Source: Conidiobolus incongruus B7586 (taxonomy: Eukaryota). Taken from it: a stretch of DNA of 42,603 nucleotides. The notes under the pieces are model-generated. The model saw only the letters and a program-made list of their open reading frames with translations, was not told the origin of the DNA and did not search any database. The DNA is taken from the NCBI GenBank assembly GCA_000697335.1, contig JNEM01012767.1:1-42603 (forward strand), given 5' to 3'. Shown in pieces: positions 24,256 through 36,756 of this stretch; the stretch's first letter is position 1, and every line of letters begins with the position of its first letter. The position numbers were made by a program, and so were the translations under genes.

Positions 24256-25613
24256 TCACATGAACATATCATTGTGCCCCTAGAACATAGATTTAATTGA
24301 TATTCATAGATTTTATGACTATGTTTAAACTTACTGGAGGTGGAAATTCATCATTATCAGGGCCACCACTAAGAAAAATTTTGTTAAAGGGATGAATTAT
24401 TAGTGTATAAGGCCAACAAATATTATAAATATCATTACCTAAATCTACCTCCTGAATTTGGTCCGCGTTGGCCACCTCGATTAGGGCCACCAAATGGTCC
24501 AACAGGGTCAAAACGAGCACCTGGAGGAACCGCACCTGGAGGTAAGATACCGTCACCTCCATGTGGTGGCTCTTGCTGGGGTCTTTGGCGGTCAAAAATT
24601 GGGTGATTAGGACCAACGTACATGCCATCGTTACCTAAACCTCCCCCAATTCCTCTAAATGGATCCATATTCCCGCCAAGTCCACCAAACCTAAGAATGC
24701 CGAGTTAAACAACAAAATTCCCCTGTTGCTAGGCAAATTACCTTGGTCCTGAAAAAGCACCACCACCTAATGGGTCTAAATCGGATGCACCTACTCTAGG
24801 AATGCCTCTAAATATAATTAATTAATCATTTACATCATAGATATATTGTTTTTGAAAACTTACAGATCAGGGTGATCTCTATGTCTTCCTAAACTGGGAG
24901 GAATGAAACTCTCATCTCTAAGAGGATCATTCAAGGGATCATCCCTGGATTCACTGTTTCTGCTCACTGGTGTTGCTGGATGACTCGATTCCAATAAAAC
25001 ATGCGGTCCCCGGCTGGATGCTTCCTGGAGTTGCGGGATTAATTTAAATATGATACTATTCTGAATTTGGTCAACCAGTTTGTCTAATTTTGATTCACTG
25101 GTAAATAATTCACTATTATCAAGTTGATTTAAAGGCAATGGGAAATTCAGATTAACATTAATAATACTGGTGGGGTCAAGCTCAAGAGAATAGTTTTGAT
25201 CTTCCTAATTAAAACGAGCAATTAATTGAATATAGAATATACAAAATTAATATAATTTACATCCAAGACAATAGCATAAACAATAAGCTTTTTACCAAGA
25301 CTCATAAATTTGAGTTCATATTTACTCTCTGTATCAGAATGACGATATATTAAGCGATAAGGTTCAGATGTAGGAAAATGGAAATTAGGATCATCTTAGC
25401 ATAGTGTTAGTATAGTATGTTATATTTGTAAATAGTTTAAATACCTTGTGTATCTAAATAAAAACTGGAACTAGATAAAATCGAATGAACTACCAGTGCT
25501 AATAACTGGTTAGAGTTAGAGACCGAAAGCTCTTGAGAAGTGTTTTGCTGATTTTGGTTTATGGTCTGTTTAATGGTTTCAATAAGAGTTTGAATAGGCA
25601 ATGCACTTGACAT
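24256..25613 (-). CDS. Proteasome regulator PI31 (PSMF1/Fub1-like) (7 exons)
   Basis: Exons 25613-25445, 25394-25261, 25204-24864, 24807-24742, 24690-24439, 24368-24335, 24279-24256. FP-domain-like YRLIYRH..YELKFMSLG, VGASDLDP, GMYVGPNHPIF, PPGAVPPGARFDPVGP, PDNDEFPPPGHNDMFM* C-terminus. Confidence 0.92.
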
Positions 25614-27036
25614 ACTAATAAATAATATAAATTTGAAGGACATTGAATAAAGAAATTGTAAGTCACATTAAATATTGATGACGAATTTAGTAGTTTGTGG
25701 GATTTCCTCACATTCGTAATTTTGATATCATTATGATTATACGATTAATTGTTAGTGTGGTGTGATGTAAACAAAATGTGTGTTATTTTTTAGCTTAATT
25801 TTTGATTAAATAAGTTAAAACAGTTATATAACTTTGACTATTATAACTAAAAGCTGAATTGGATTACAAAACCAAAGTGCCTAATAGAATTTATTATTGG
25901 ATATTATTTAGCAAATAAACCATAATTGACTGAATGTTTTTTCCTATATTAAAAAATTTAATATAAAATTTTTTTTTCAATAATAAAATTATATAAAATG
26001 GTATATAATCATGTTAACTAATTTTCAAAGGAAATTGATGCAATCTAATCATATTAAATTGTATATTGAGTATACTAAAAATTAACCATTAATTCTATAT
26101 CATATATTTCTTTATCATTAAGAATTTAACCAATTTACATAAAACTGCATGATTTAACATAATAGTCAGCTTATCATTCGTTCAATATAAGTTTGGAAAA
26201 TGATTAAATCAAATAAAATATGAATATTTATTTATTATAGATATTGGTTATGAACTTGGAAATTATGCTTAGTAAATAAATTTTTCGTTGTATAAATATA
26301 ACATTGATACATTTGTAATTAATTATATTCACAATTAAAAGAGGTATAGATTAAAAAAGATTGAAAATTTACTAAGATTATAAAAAATAATAGGTTAAAT
26401 AACTTAATAATTAATTGTAACTAATATAATAAAATGATGTAAACAATATAAAAAAATTAAAATGACTTTAAATTATTTATAACATATATTAACGATATGA
26501 TAATATATGACAGAAGGTATTTGAGAATATATATTATAGGAAATATTTTTTATCATTATGTGTAGTCTATAATATGGCTAGTGTTTTAAATTCGTAAAAC
26601 AATTAGAAATGATAGACAACATGATTAATTATAATCTAATTTTAAATCAAATTTTTAAACAAGTATTTGTAAACATTTAGCTATTGTGAATTATTTGATA
26701 ATGATAGCTGTTGATTATAATGATGAATTATTTTATTAATAATATGTATAATCAATAATTTTGGAATTATATATAAATTTTATTTTGATAATTAAATTAA
26801 TTTATGATATAATTTGAACAATTGAATATATTGATGACATAATAAGCTCAAGTCTATTTATCCCACAATAAATTCTAATTACAGCATATCTAGTAATAAT
26901 AGTATTGACTATTTTTATAATGGTGAAACCTATACTCTATTTCATTAGTGATTGCTGAATAATAATCTCTTTTCATTCAATTAATACACTAACAAATTCA
27001 ATTTTACTTGAATCTATTAGCATCTGAGTTTATACT

Positions 27037-27873
27037 ATGGGTACCAGATACTATTCCTACTACAGTTACGGCGGAGTATCCGCAATTATTTCTGTCATTG
27101 TCCTCTATCTCTTATTCACCAACCAAGCTCACAAAGTAGACTTTGGCTATTTATTGACCAATATATCCCCTTTCTTTTGGGCTAATATGGGTATTGGCTT
27201 ATGTATTGGTTTATCGGTCATCGGTGCCTCATGGTATTTAAATTTGCAATAATTATAATGATGAATTAATTTTCATCTTTCTCATTTTAGGGGTATTTTT
27301 ATTACTGGAAGCAGTATTTTAGGTGGTGCTGTCAAAGCACCCAGGATTCAAACCAAAAACCTTATCAGGTACAATAATTAATTACAAACACTTTTTCGAA
27401 TTATTAATATTATATCTTTTAGTATTATTTTTTGTGAAGTTGTAGCTATTTATGGTTTAATTTTAGCTATCGTTTTCAGTGCTAAGTTAAAGCCAATTGC
27501 TGATACTGTTGGTGCTTTGAAGAGTAATTTATATACTGGTAATTTCTTCAATTCTACAGTCCATCTTTTGTTTCAATTGGTTGAATTTTTGTCAAATTTA
27601 GGTTACTCATTATTCTGGGGTGGTTTAACTGTTGGGGTTTGCAATCTTTTCTGCGGTGTTTGTGTCGGAATGGTCGGAAGCTCAGCTGCTTTAGCAGATG
27701 CTCAAAATTCCACCTTATTCGTTAAAATTTTAGTTGTTGAAATTTTTGGTTCAGTCATTGGTTTATTCGGTTTGATTATAGGCTTACTTTCCGTAAGTCT
27801 TATGTATTTATTTATTGATTATAATTTTACTAACATATATGTTTAGTCTGGAAAAGCTCAAGATTTTGCTTAA
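27037..27873 (+). CDS. VMA16: V-ATPase V0 proteolipid subunit c'' (5 exons)
   Basis: Exons 27037-27233, 27291-27368, 27423-27538, 27602-27792, 27847-27873. Motifs [45 protein letters not shown] and [13 protein letters not shown]. Confidence 0.95.
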
Positions 27874-28396
27874 TATGATTGAAGTTTTTTATATTATAAT
27901 TAAAACATTACCAACCTCAATACTATTATATTACATTTTACATCTAATCTAATGCTAATATTAATTTTAAGTATAATCTATACTGAATTTCCTCTTCTGT
28001 AAAATCATATAATATTAATATATTATTCTATTGATATAGTCAGTCTATTAAAACCAAATTTCAATACGTGGCATTTTAAAATGAAAGGACAATTATAATA
28101 CTACAAAAAGTTACTTAAATTGAATTTATCCTTGCATATGTAAATTTGATTTAAATTATTCGTTATCTAAATCGTCTACATTTAAAAGATCTGAATTTTT
28201 TCATAATCTTTGTTGTTACTTTTAATATGGGATACTAAATTTGTAATCATTAAATATTCTAACAATATTTTATCAATAATCATATTAAAAGAATTATTCA
28301 ACTGAATCTATTAATCACACTATATCTTAAAATGATGATATTGTTGACATAAATATAATGGTATATCATTTTTATTGATTTTTATCTAATTACATA

Positions 28397-29954
28397 TCAT
28401 TCATTTGGAATCAATTTTGATAATTCACTCTTGAATTGATCCAAATTAGCTTTAGATACTTTGGTATATAGTTCGTTTAATTGAATCAAGTTATCTTGAG
28501 CTTCAGTCACTTGGTTCTGTAATTGTTGAATAAGTTCATTACATTTAGACTCTAATTCATCATCCTGTTCATTAAAAATTAGTTATAGATTATGTTATCT
28601 TTATAATTTTTAAGTTGATTACCTGTAAAGCAAACGAATTTCGTTGGATCTGATTAGAGGGGGGATGAATAGTATAATTAATCTTTTGAGGAAGAATAAT
28701 TAAATGTGTATTTGCCATATGGTTGGGATCAGAGATAATCATTCTCTGTAATGATACGACTGGATGATGAATGGATTTTAGTTGACTCACGTTAGTAAGA
28801 TTAGGTGGTAGTGTAAATATCTTTAAATTAGTAATACCACCTTTAAAGATAGAATATGAACTAATTCTCTGTTTTGATTCTACATCCCAAACCATTAAAT
28901 AACCCCCTTGGTCCACTGTCACCAATTGAGTATTGCACCAGTTGAAACTAATATCGGTAACGCTGGATTCATGGCCAAATAATATATTGAAAAGGTTGGG
29001 ATCCATAGATGTTATACTAATTAAATCGGAATCATTAAAGATAGACTCGTAACCGAGGAGGGATGCATTTTCAGATGGTTTATAAAGATCGACAGAATAA
29101 ACTTGATAATTCTGACATCCTACAGCCACTTTGCGCTCTAAAGAATCTAAGGTTAAGCAATTGACAGGAGAAGGGAAAATCAATGTGCCAACTAGTTTTC
29201 CTTGATTCAACTTCCAAATTTTACAAGTATGGTCTAACGAACTAGAGTAAAGATAGCATTGATCATAATTTCCCAATCCAACTTGAATATCCGTAATTGC
29301 CAATGTATGATCTGATAAAGTTAATTTTGGCGTAATTTCATTAGCATTTGTGGTTGATTGAAATTGATTCAAATTCCAAATATGAATGATAGAATCCAAA
29401 GAACCTGAGATCAATATTTTTTCATCCCGAGTAAAGCGGATAGTATGAACCGCCTTGTAGTGTGCCTCAACTGCATTAAGTAGTCTACCCGTGATGATCT
29501 AAAATAACGATATAGAATTTTATTTTATAACCAAGATTTAATATTCTATTACCTCCCAAACATATATTTTACCACTTTCAGCACCTCCCGCACAGTATCT
29601 ACCACTTGGTGATACTTCTAAACTTGATAATTTTTCAGGAAGTGTAAATTTCATTAAAGGTAATTCCTGAAGAAAATAACGTCAATTAAAGTATAATCGT
29701 ATAAATTTAAAAGATATTACTTTTTCCCAACCATAGGTCATTCCCAGAGGTTTATCATGTGCACAACTCATAAGACCCCAATGCAAGCTAGGTTGATGAA
29801 CTTGAGGAATTAAGCTGATACAATTTTTATTGCACTGGTTTTGTTTCATGGAGAGTAAATGTGTATTGGTCTTAAAGTCTAGCACGGCTATCATGCTATC
29901 TTTTTGCGAGGTAACCAAAGCAACCTGTTGAAATGATGATTTTAAAGATTCCAT
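28397..29954 (-). CDS. IPI3: WD40 pre-rRNA-processing protein Ipi3/WDR18 (Rix1 complex) (4 exons)
   Basis: Exons 29954-29721, 29666-29553, 29498-28623, 28564-28397. Motifs LPEKLSSL.VSPSGRYCAGGAESGKIYVWE..TGRLL..VEAHYKAV and LSDHTLAITDI, with a C-terminal coiled coil. Confidence 0.88.
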
Positions 29955-30113
29955 ATTAATGTAATAAATCCTATGGTCTATCAGATAAAATTGATTAGAA
30001 ATATATTAATTTAATACACTCAAATATACATAAATAATCTATAAAGAAATGTGATAATACATGCCATTTAAAAATTATTGATAAAATGAAACGATTTTAT
30101 TAACAATCATATT

Positions 30114-30440
30114 ATACCCTTATTATGGGATTGACTATGAAGAATCTATCCCAACCAACTTATAGCCCATAATAATGTATCTTTTAAAGTATTTTATATA
30201 GACATAAAATTTTGTGGGAGAATGGAACTATGATAGCTGTCAGTAATCGTAGACTTTTATAACGTATATTATTAGTTATAATTGGTGAATCTACTCTTCG
30301 GAAATGAAATTCACCCCCTCTCGTTATTGACTAGATCAACTATAACTGAAAAACAGTTGGTTAGAAATTAAGCCGGGATTCTTGATTTACTTCTAACCAT
30401 GGAGTAATGACTAGTAATCTGACTATTCTATCCTACATTT
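30114..30440 (+). ncRNA. Candidate structured non-coding RNA, class unrecognised (hairpin-hinge-multibranch hairpin-ACA layout)
   Basis: Stems 30120-30129/30166-30175 (10 bp perfect), 30213-30219/30431-30437, 30220-30225/30423-30428, 30239-30243/30419-30423, 30257-30263/30275-30281, 30284-30290/30309-30315, 30321-30328/30403-30410, 30344-30348/30354-30358, 30359-30366/30391-30398. Several G-U pairs work only on the + strand. No ORF. Confidence 0.55.
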
Positions 30441-31043
30441 CAAACCCTTTTATCAATTTAAAAACTTATTGAATATGACGATACATTTTACATCATAATA
30501 TTAGATTATATTAAAATCTTAATAATTATAAATATAATTATCATATATTATGTAGTCCGAATATCGAATCAATTATATTCATTTTGTTACTAAATACTCA
30601 AAATGAAGTGAAATAGAAATAAATTGATTAATGAAATTGACAATGATTGACTGATTTAAACATGTAAAATAATTTTCAAAAAACGAAAAGTTATATATAT
30701 TAACTAAAAAAGTCAAAATTCGATATATCAATTAAATATTTTTTATTTGAGAATTGAAGTATATTAATTAGATATTAAATATGAGGATATTCCTATTTAA
30801 AAGAATTCGAGTTAATATTTGAAATAAAAAATAAATATTATTTAACAGGTAATAATATCAGTTATAATAAAGGTTGAAATCATTAGCACTTTCATGTGAA
30901 ACACGGATAAGATAACCGAAGTTATCAGCCATCATATAAATGAAATTATAAGTATGAAAAATTAAGTTACCTTAAAGTTTAATAAAAGAAGAATAAACTT
31001 CAATAAATGAATTGATTGACGATGGTAATATTGAATTCCTTCT

Positions 31044-31304
31044 CTAATTTGCCCCACACTTACTTGGCATAATCAGTTTTGTGCAATTATGATCAACAAA
31101 CTTCAAAACGTCAATCCCCCCAGTACAGGAGGTAAGCTTGACCCTACAGAAGCCGATGCAATTTTCCTCATTAATGTTTTGAATTAAGCATTGTTTCTTT
31201 TCTGAAAAGGCTGAATTAATACAAATTTCTTCCTCCTTGGTGTATGCCTGTAAAGAAGTAATAAATCCTAAAGGTATTAATGTAAAAACTTGTATAATTC
31301 TCAT
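31044..31304 (-). CDS. Orphan small secreted cysteine-rich protein (86 aa, 7 Cys)
   Basis: Signal peptide MRIIQVFTLIPLGFITSLQA|Y; 7 cysteines in the ~66-aa mature part; GC island in AT-rich flank. Confidence 0.7.
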   Translation of the reverse strand: MRIIQVFTLIPLGFITSLQAYTKEEEICINSAFSEKKQCLIQNINEENCIGFCRVKLTSCTGGIDVLKFVDHNCTKLIMPSKCGAN

Positions 31305-32586
31305 GTTGTAGACGCACAGCTATTCAGTAAATTTCACAATATCCCACTATAGTAACTGAAATTTATTAAAATGATGGTAATTTTGAAAATTTTTCAAAAT
31401 TATACCAATTTATTTATAGCTTTAATATTATGGGATTTTAATATAATATCCTTTAATTTTTTCACAAAAATTCATTTATCATATTACAAATGTAGAGATA
31501 GTGAAAATGTATTAGAAACAGTAATAAAATATAATAAAAGTCGCATATCATTTATTTGATAAAAATACTTATCATTACAAAACACAGATAAATTTTAATT
31601 GTTTACTTATCAAACAATAATCTCAAAGGGATATCTATCAAATTATATCAATCCAGTTGCCAATATTTATTAGCATAATATTGAAGCATTTTATGATATA
31701 TTGTAGTTATATTTAGTATTTTCAAGATTAAATTTATTTATCTTAATTTCAAATCATTTCAAAATATAATTATTTTTGATGCTAAAATAATTTAAATTGA
31801 AAATTAATCAATTATTTCTATATTAGAAACATTAATATAATTTAAGAAATATGTGTTTTTTAAATTCAAATTTTATAACTCATTAAAATTTGGTAATATC
31901 GTTGAAAATAATATTGCAATCACTTTCAAGCTAGAACTATTAATAATGCCATTTTCCCTAATTTATTAATTTTTTAATTTATATACTACAAAAACTATAA
32001 TTTCAGTATTTAAGCATCTTAAAGTAAAAATATTATAATACTATATATACCATGATACAGTGAAATAAATTTAATATTATATCTATAATTTGCATTTTTC
32101 AAGATTCATTATAAAATACAAGTCTAAATGGTTATCAATGATTATAAATAATCATATGATTTGATTGATATTTTTCAATATATATTTATACGAGTTCTTA
32201 ATTGTTATATGTAGCATTTAAAATTTTTAAGTTTAATATTATCATTAGAAAAAATCATTTTTATTTGATTCAATTGAATCTAATTTTGCTTTAAATTTGA
32301 TATAAATTGATGTTTAACTAGATCATTTACATTTTAATGAGTCTAATTTGATAATCTTTGTTTATATTTTTAATTTGAAATGCAACATGTTCATTAATAT
32401 ACCTTTCGCTTTTATTAACAAATATTTGTAATTGTATCAATTATTTATTATTATTATAATATTTTATTATAAATATGTATTTAATGCAATATTTAGATAT
32501 TATGAGAGCAAATTCAAAGAAAACAAACGTATTTCAAATAACACTTTATTATACTAATAAAAAATTATTATATATGACTATATTTG

Positions 32587-32904
32587 TTAATATGGGAACC
32601 TTGCGAATACTTTTCTTTCGCCTCCTTTCCTCTTGGGTGTGGATGGAGGTTGAGTAATGGGCTCTAGCGAAGGATAATGGTCACTAGTTGTCAACTTTTT
32701 ACTGATGTCCGTTTGAATGCTTGTGGAAGAGTCTCCAACCTCAACTGGTGGCAACTGAAAAATAGGTTTAGTGAGAGGGTTTGTAGATGGAGGAAGTTGA
32801 TTCACTTGAGAATGAGACGATTTGGAAGGGGATTGATCATCTACAGGTATAGCTGTAGTCGAAGCCAACAACTGCAAAAATAGTAGCATATGAATCAATC
32901 CCAT
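32587..32904 (-). CDS. Orphan small secreted Ser/Pro/Thr-rich protein (~105 aa)
   Basis: Probable start MGLIHMLLFLQLLASTTA|IPV at 32904 within track ORF 32587-32970; TATAAA upstream; basic C-terminal tail KRKGGERKVFARFPY. Confidence 0.6.
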   Translation of the reverse strand: MGLIHMLLFLQLLASTTAIPVDDQSPSKSSHSQVNQLPPSTNPLTKPIFQLPPVEVGDSSTSIQTDISKKLTTSDHYPSLEPITQPPSTPKRKGGERKVFARFPY

Positions 32905-34103
32905 CTTAAAGATATTGATATTTTTCATAATTATATAAGTATTATATATTGATGATTCTATTGGTCTCAATGTAGTATTTATATAGGTTTAAGTAATTAA
33001 ATATATATAAAATATACATACTAGTTACAAAATAATAGCAATGAAATTGATATGAATAAAGTTAAATAAATTTATTTTAGTACATAAATTTCTATGTAAC
33101 CGATAAATATAACTAAGGTTAACTTGTAATCCAATGAGAAGATTATATTCAGAGATTTTAAGGAGCTTGATCACCAGAATTCGGTTTTGAAGCATAAATA
33201 TTCTAATATTAATGAGAATCAAAAGGAGTTGATAAGTTTAGTATAAAAATTTCTCCACAATTGACTATAAAATTTTAATATTAAATAAGAGAATTCATGA
33301 ATATATGTTTATTGATGGATAGAATGGTAAAATTAATATAAATTTGTTGATATGAACATATGATCAATGCATACTTGTAAGAATTATCTCCACCTATTAT
33401 ATAATATAAAAACAAAACTAAAACCTAATTTTATCCATTAAAATCAATCTCGTATGATATATTGATACAAAAAGGGGACCTAAGATTCCATTTTATCAAT
33501 GATATAATTTGAATATGGAGAATATTTTGAATTTAACAAAGGAGTCCTTTTCTATATTGTTATTAACAGGTTCTAGTTATTCTAATGTTTGATTTAATCA
33601 TTCTTAATTCGATTTAACAATGTTTAAATATATTTGGTGCAATACTTTTGGTTATGTTTTTAAACTTAATATTAATATAATTTGAATTGATATACTAATA
33701 TTAAAATTGAATATTGGATATCATTAGTTATCTAGATTTAAATCAAAGTTATTGTTATAACCATTGATGTAAACTGTACTTTGAATTAGTGAAATTTAAA
33801 TTCATTTTGATAAATATTAAAATATTGATTATTTAATTTTGATATTATCGCTATTCATTTTAAAATGCATCATAGTTGAAATAGATCTCAATATTGAATT
33901 TTTTAATATCATCTGAATTTATTGATTATTAGAAAATAAGTACGTGACAATATTATTTCTTTATTCAAACATATTAAAAGTTTTGAACACTGGGATATAG
34001 ATAAAATAAATAAAAAATTCATAGAATAAAACAATATATAAATATAAATAAATTCTTTTCTCTACTTGTTATTATTTTTTTGAAAATTTATTGTTAAATT
34101 CAC

Positions 34104-35216
34104 ATAGCTAAACTGAAGAATGATTATCATAAGTCTTTTATTTGGGTATCATTAAAACTCAACCACAAAATATTTAAAATCTTTTAAAATTTACAAGTAG
34201 CCTATAGAGACAATACTTTGTTTAAAACTACAGTTTATTGCTGGATTTGTGACTTAGAAGCTAGAAGAAAAATTATTTAAAATTTGCAAAAATTTAAAAA
34301 GTTAGTTTTTATCACTATTTAAATTTTAAAAAAATAAAAAGCTGTATTAAAAAAACATCTATTTTTTCATTAAAAGATTTATGAAAGCATTTTAAATTTA
34401 GTTATACTAGTGTATTATATATATCAAAATTTAAACTTAGTTTATTTTAAAAAGACATAAAATAGATACATTATATATTAAAATAAATTTAAAAGAAATC
34501 TATTATAATTATAATTATAAAAAGCATATTATAATATAACTAGTAACTTAGGCTTTTATATTATACCTTTACAGTTGATGAATCTTAGATTCTAATGTAT
34601 ATTCTTTTGTTTAAACATAAATCAAAATGCTAGGTTAAGCTAAAACAAATTCCTTTACAAATTCAAAAAACACAATTTATTTATAAAAAAATATCAATTA
34701 CTACAATAAATTATAATAATATAAGGTTTTTTTTAAATCTTAAAAGTTGAAAAGTTAATTATAAATTATATATTTTTATTTTTAAATATAATAATTTTAA
34801 ATTGTGTTTTTAATATTAAATAAATAATTTATTATTTTATATAATAATTATAAAATACATAAAATTAAAACTATAATAGATTCACTTAAAGATAATTAAT
34901 AAAAGCTACCATATCTAATATATTCTTTACTTTACAGCTCATGTGATTATATTTGCTTTAGACAAATAAAAAATAAGCTTAAAAGATAATAAATTCCAAA
35001 GGATTAATCAAACAAGATTATAAAATATCAAATTTTAGTCTTAAACATAAAGGGCTATTTTTTAGGTATTAGGAACTTACCAAAGATATAGCAAAAAGTT
35101 ATTAATAATAAAAGAGAATATTGATTTATAATATATATTTATTTCATTATATTTCATATTAAAATTGTATTTGGAATAAATTTGAAAAAAGTGCCATTAT
35201 TTAATTTCTAATCGTA
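34104..35216 (+). mobile_element. Hypermutated mariner transposase relic, copy B (near full length, ~340 codons) with 3' terminal sequence
   Basis: ATA at 34104 (M). HTH 'LQVAYRDNTLFKTTVYCWICDLEARR'; 'K*IHY.L' (WVPHEL) at ~34460; 'TFTVDES*ILMY' at 34565; 'KSKC*VKLK'; 'IILYNNYKIH' (HDN..H) at 34831; 'KLPYLIYSLLYSSCDY' (LPHPxYSP..P.DY); 'GIRNLPKI*QKVINNKREY*' ending at 35124. The second and third catalytic Asp positions are 33 codons apart (DD34D-like). The terminus ends ...ATTTCTAATCG-TA at 35216. Confidence 0.88.
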
Positions 35217-35653
35217 GAAATATGTAACTAAGCAGTTCAAATTTGAAACTTGATTTCAGTTTAATATTTTGAAATAATAACCAATTAATGACTTTTATTA
35301 ATTATATATTGAATAAAATTCATTTTACTTACTTATTTCTAATATAGAGAAAAATATTACAATTTTAAAATAATAATAATAAATTATTAGTGATTTTAAA
35401 AAATAGAATATTAAATATAAATTAAGATTATAGTTATTCATTATTTTATTATTCACGATTTATTATCAATGTGATTAAAATTTTGAATAATCAGGTAATT
35501 GGACGCGTAAATCAATAAAATGTTAATAGTTATTTAAAAATAGATGACAGGTTAAAACTTAATATCTAACCATTCATTATCATATACCTTAAATAAAAAA
35601 TGTGTATTGATCTTTTTAGATTCGAGTAATATACAATGGAGTGTTACAACATA

Positions 35654-36756
35654 TTAGTCAGATTGAGTTGCTGCAGATTCGGGATTAAGTCCGTTCAAAA
35701 TTTTAACGAGGGAGGGTAAGTTGATATGTCTGCCTTTGGGATATACCAAATGCTGATAGATTAAGACCTTAATGCGATATACAAGCATGGATGCCAATTT
35801 GGGCAAGTCTTTGACCTTGGTCTTGTGACCAAGTAGAGAGTTGACATCCAAATCTAATTGAAAATCGGGGAGGAGGGACAATAAAATATTAGGAGAATCT
35901 GTAGATTGATTAAATTCGATTACAACCTATAAATAATTATAATGAGTTGATGAAATAATATACATAGATGGTACTATATTACCCTTCCATTAAATCTAAC
36001 AATTGCAATACTTAAGGAGACTGGTAAAGCAGCAACACTAACACCAGGAGGTCCCACTTGAAGACTTGTATCAAAAGCGATGCTAATTCTATCTCTATAT
36101 TCTACACAAGCTTCCAAATACTACGTAAAAGTTTAGATAATAGATCCAATATATAATATATAACATTAATTACCAATCCTGAGCTGTCAGATTTTCTCCT
36201 AATCAAAAACTGGCTCATATTAGGAAATTCTTGACCAAAGGATAGATCGGTTAAAGTAATAGGACCCAAAAACCATGGAATGTTCTTGGAGTTTAAGACT
36301 CGTTCAATTTTCTCAATTAATGTAGGATTATTTAAGAGATCAGTCCTATACTGGTGAATAATCTGACCTACTAGAACATTGAACCAATCCACAGTCTCTG
36401 GTAAATGTTCTGTTAAATTATATTCAATTTTGGACAGTACTTCAGCTCCTGCCAAAGTTATAGGTGTTTTTTGATCTTTAAAGTTCTATATTAAGCTTAA
36501 TAACACTAGCCAAAGCTAAATAAAATTAATTTACTTTTAAAACATTTTCAGCCAATTCCCTCTTCCTATTCAGTTCCATCCTCAACTTGTCCGACATAGA
36601 ACTCTGTACGGAATAAATAGGTTTGGAAGCGTCATCGAAGAAAAAGTATTTGACAACAAATATAGCCATTATCATAAAAGTTAACTGACCAAATAAAAAA
36701 CCTTGAACAAATTTCCAAGTGACTTGGCTCGCTGCTGAACTGAGAGGATCATACAT
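35654..36756 (-). CDS. MMM1: ERMES subunit Mmm1 (SMP domain) (4 exons)
   Basis: Exons 36756-36535, 36485-36174, 36120-35983, 35926-35654. FVQGFLFGQL TM segment, PETVDWFNVLVGQII, ALPVSLSIAIVRF.G, SLLGHKTKVKDLPKL. Confidence 0.92.

Noticed and set aside
30061..30100. Superficial resemblance to the U12 snRNA 5' end (ATGCC...AACGATT)
   Set aside because: Lacks the GAGTAAGGA branch-site-pairing sequence.
30787..30795. ATATTCCTA, identical to the snR30/U17 m1 motif
   Set aside because: No AAACCAT (m2) or ACA at the required spacing downstream; outside the structured region.
33472..33551. Possible hairpin AAGGGGAC...GTCCTTT
   Set aside because: Single weak stem in AT-rich DNA with no second hairpin or boxes.
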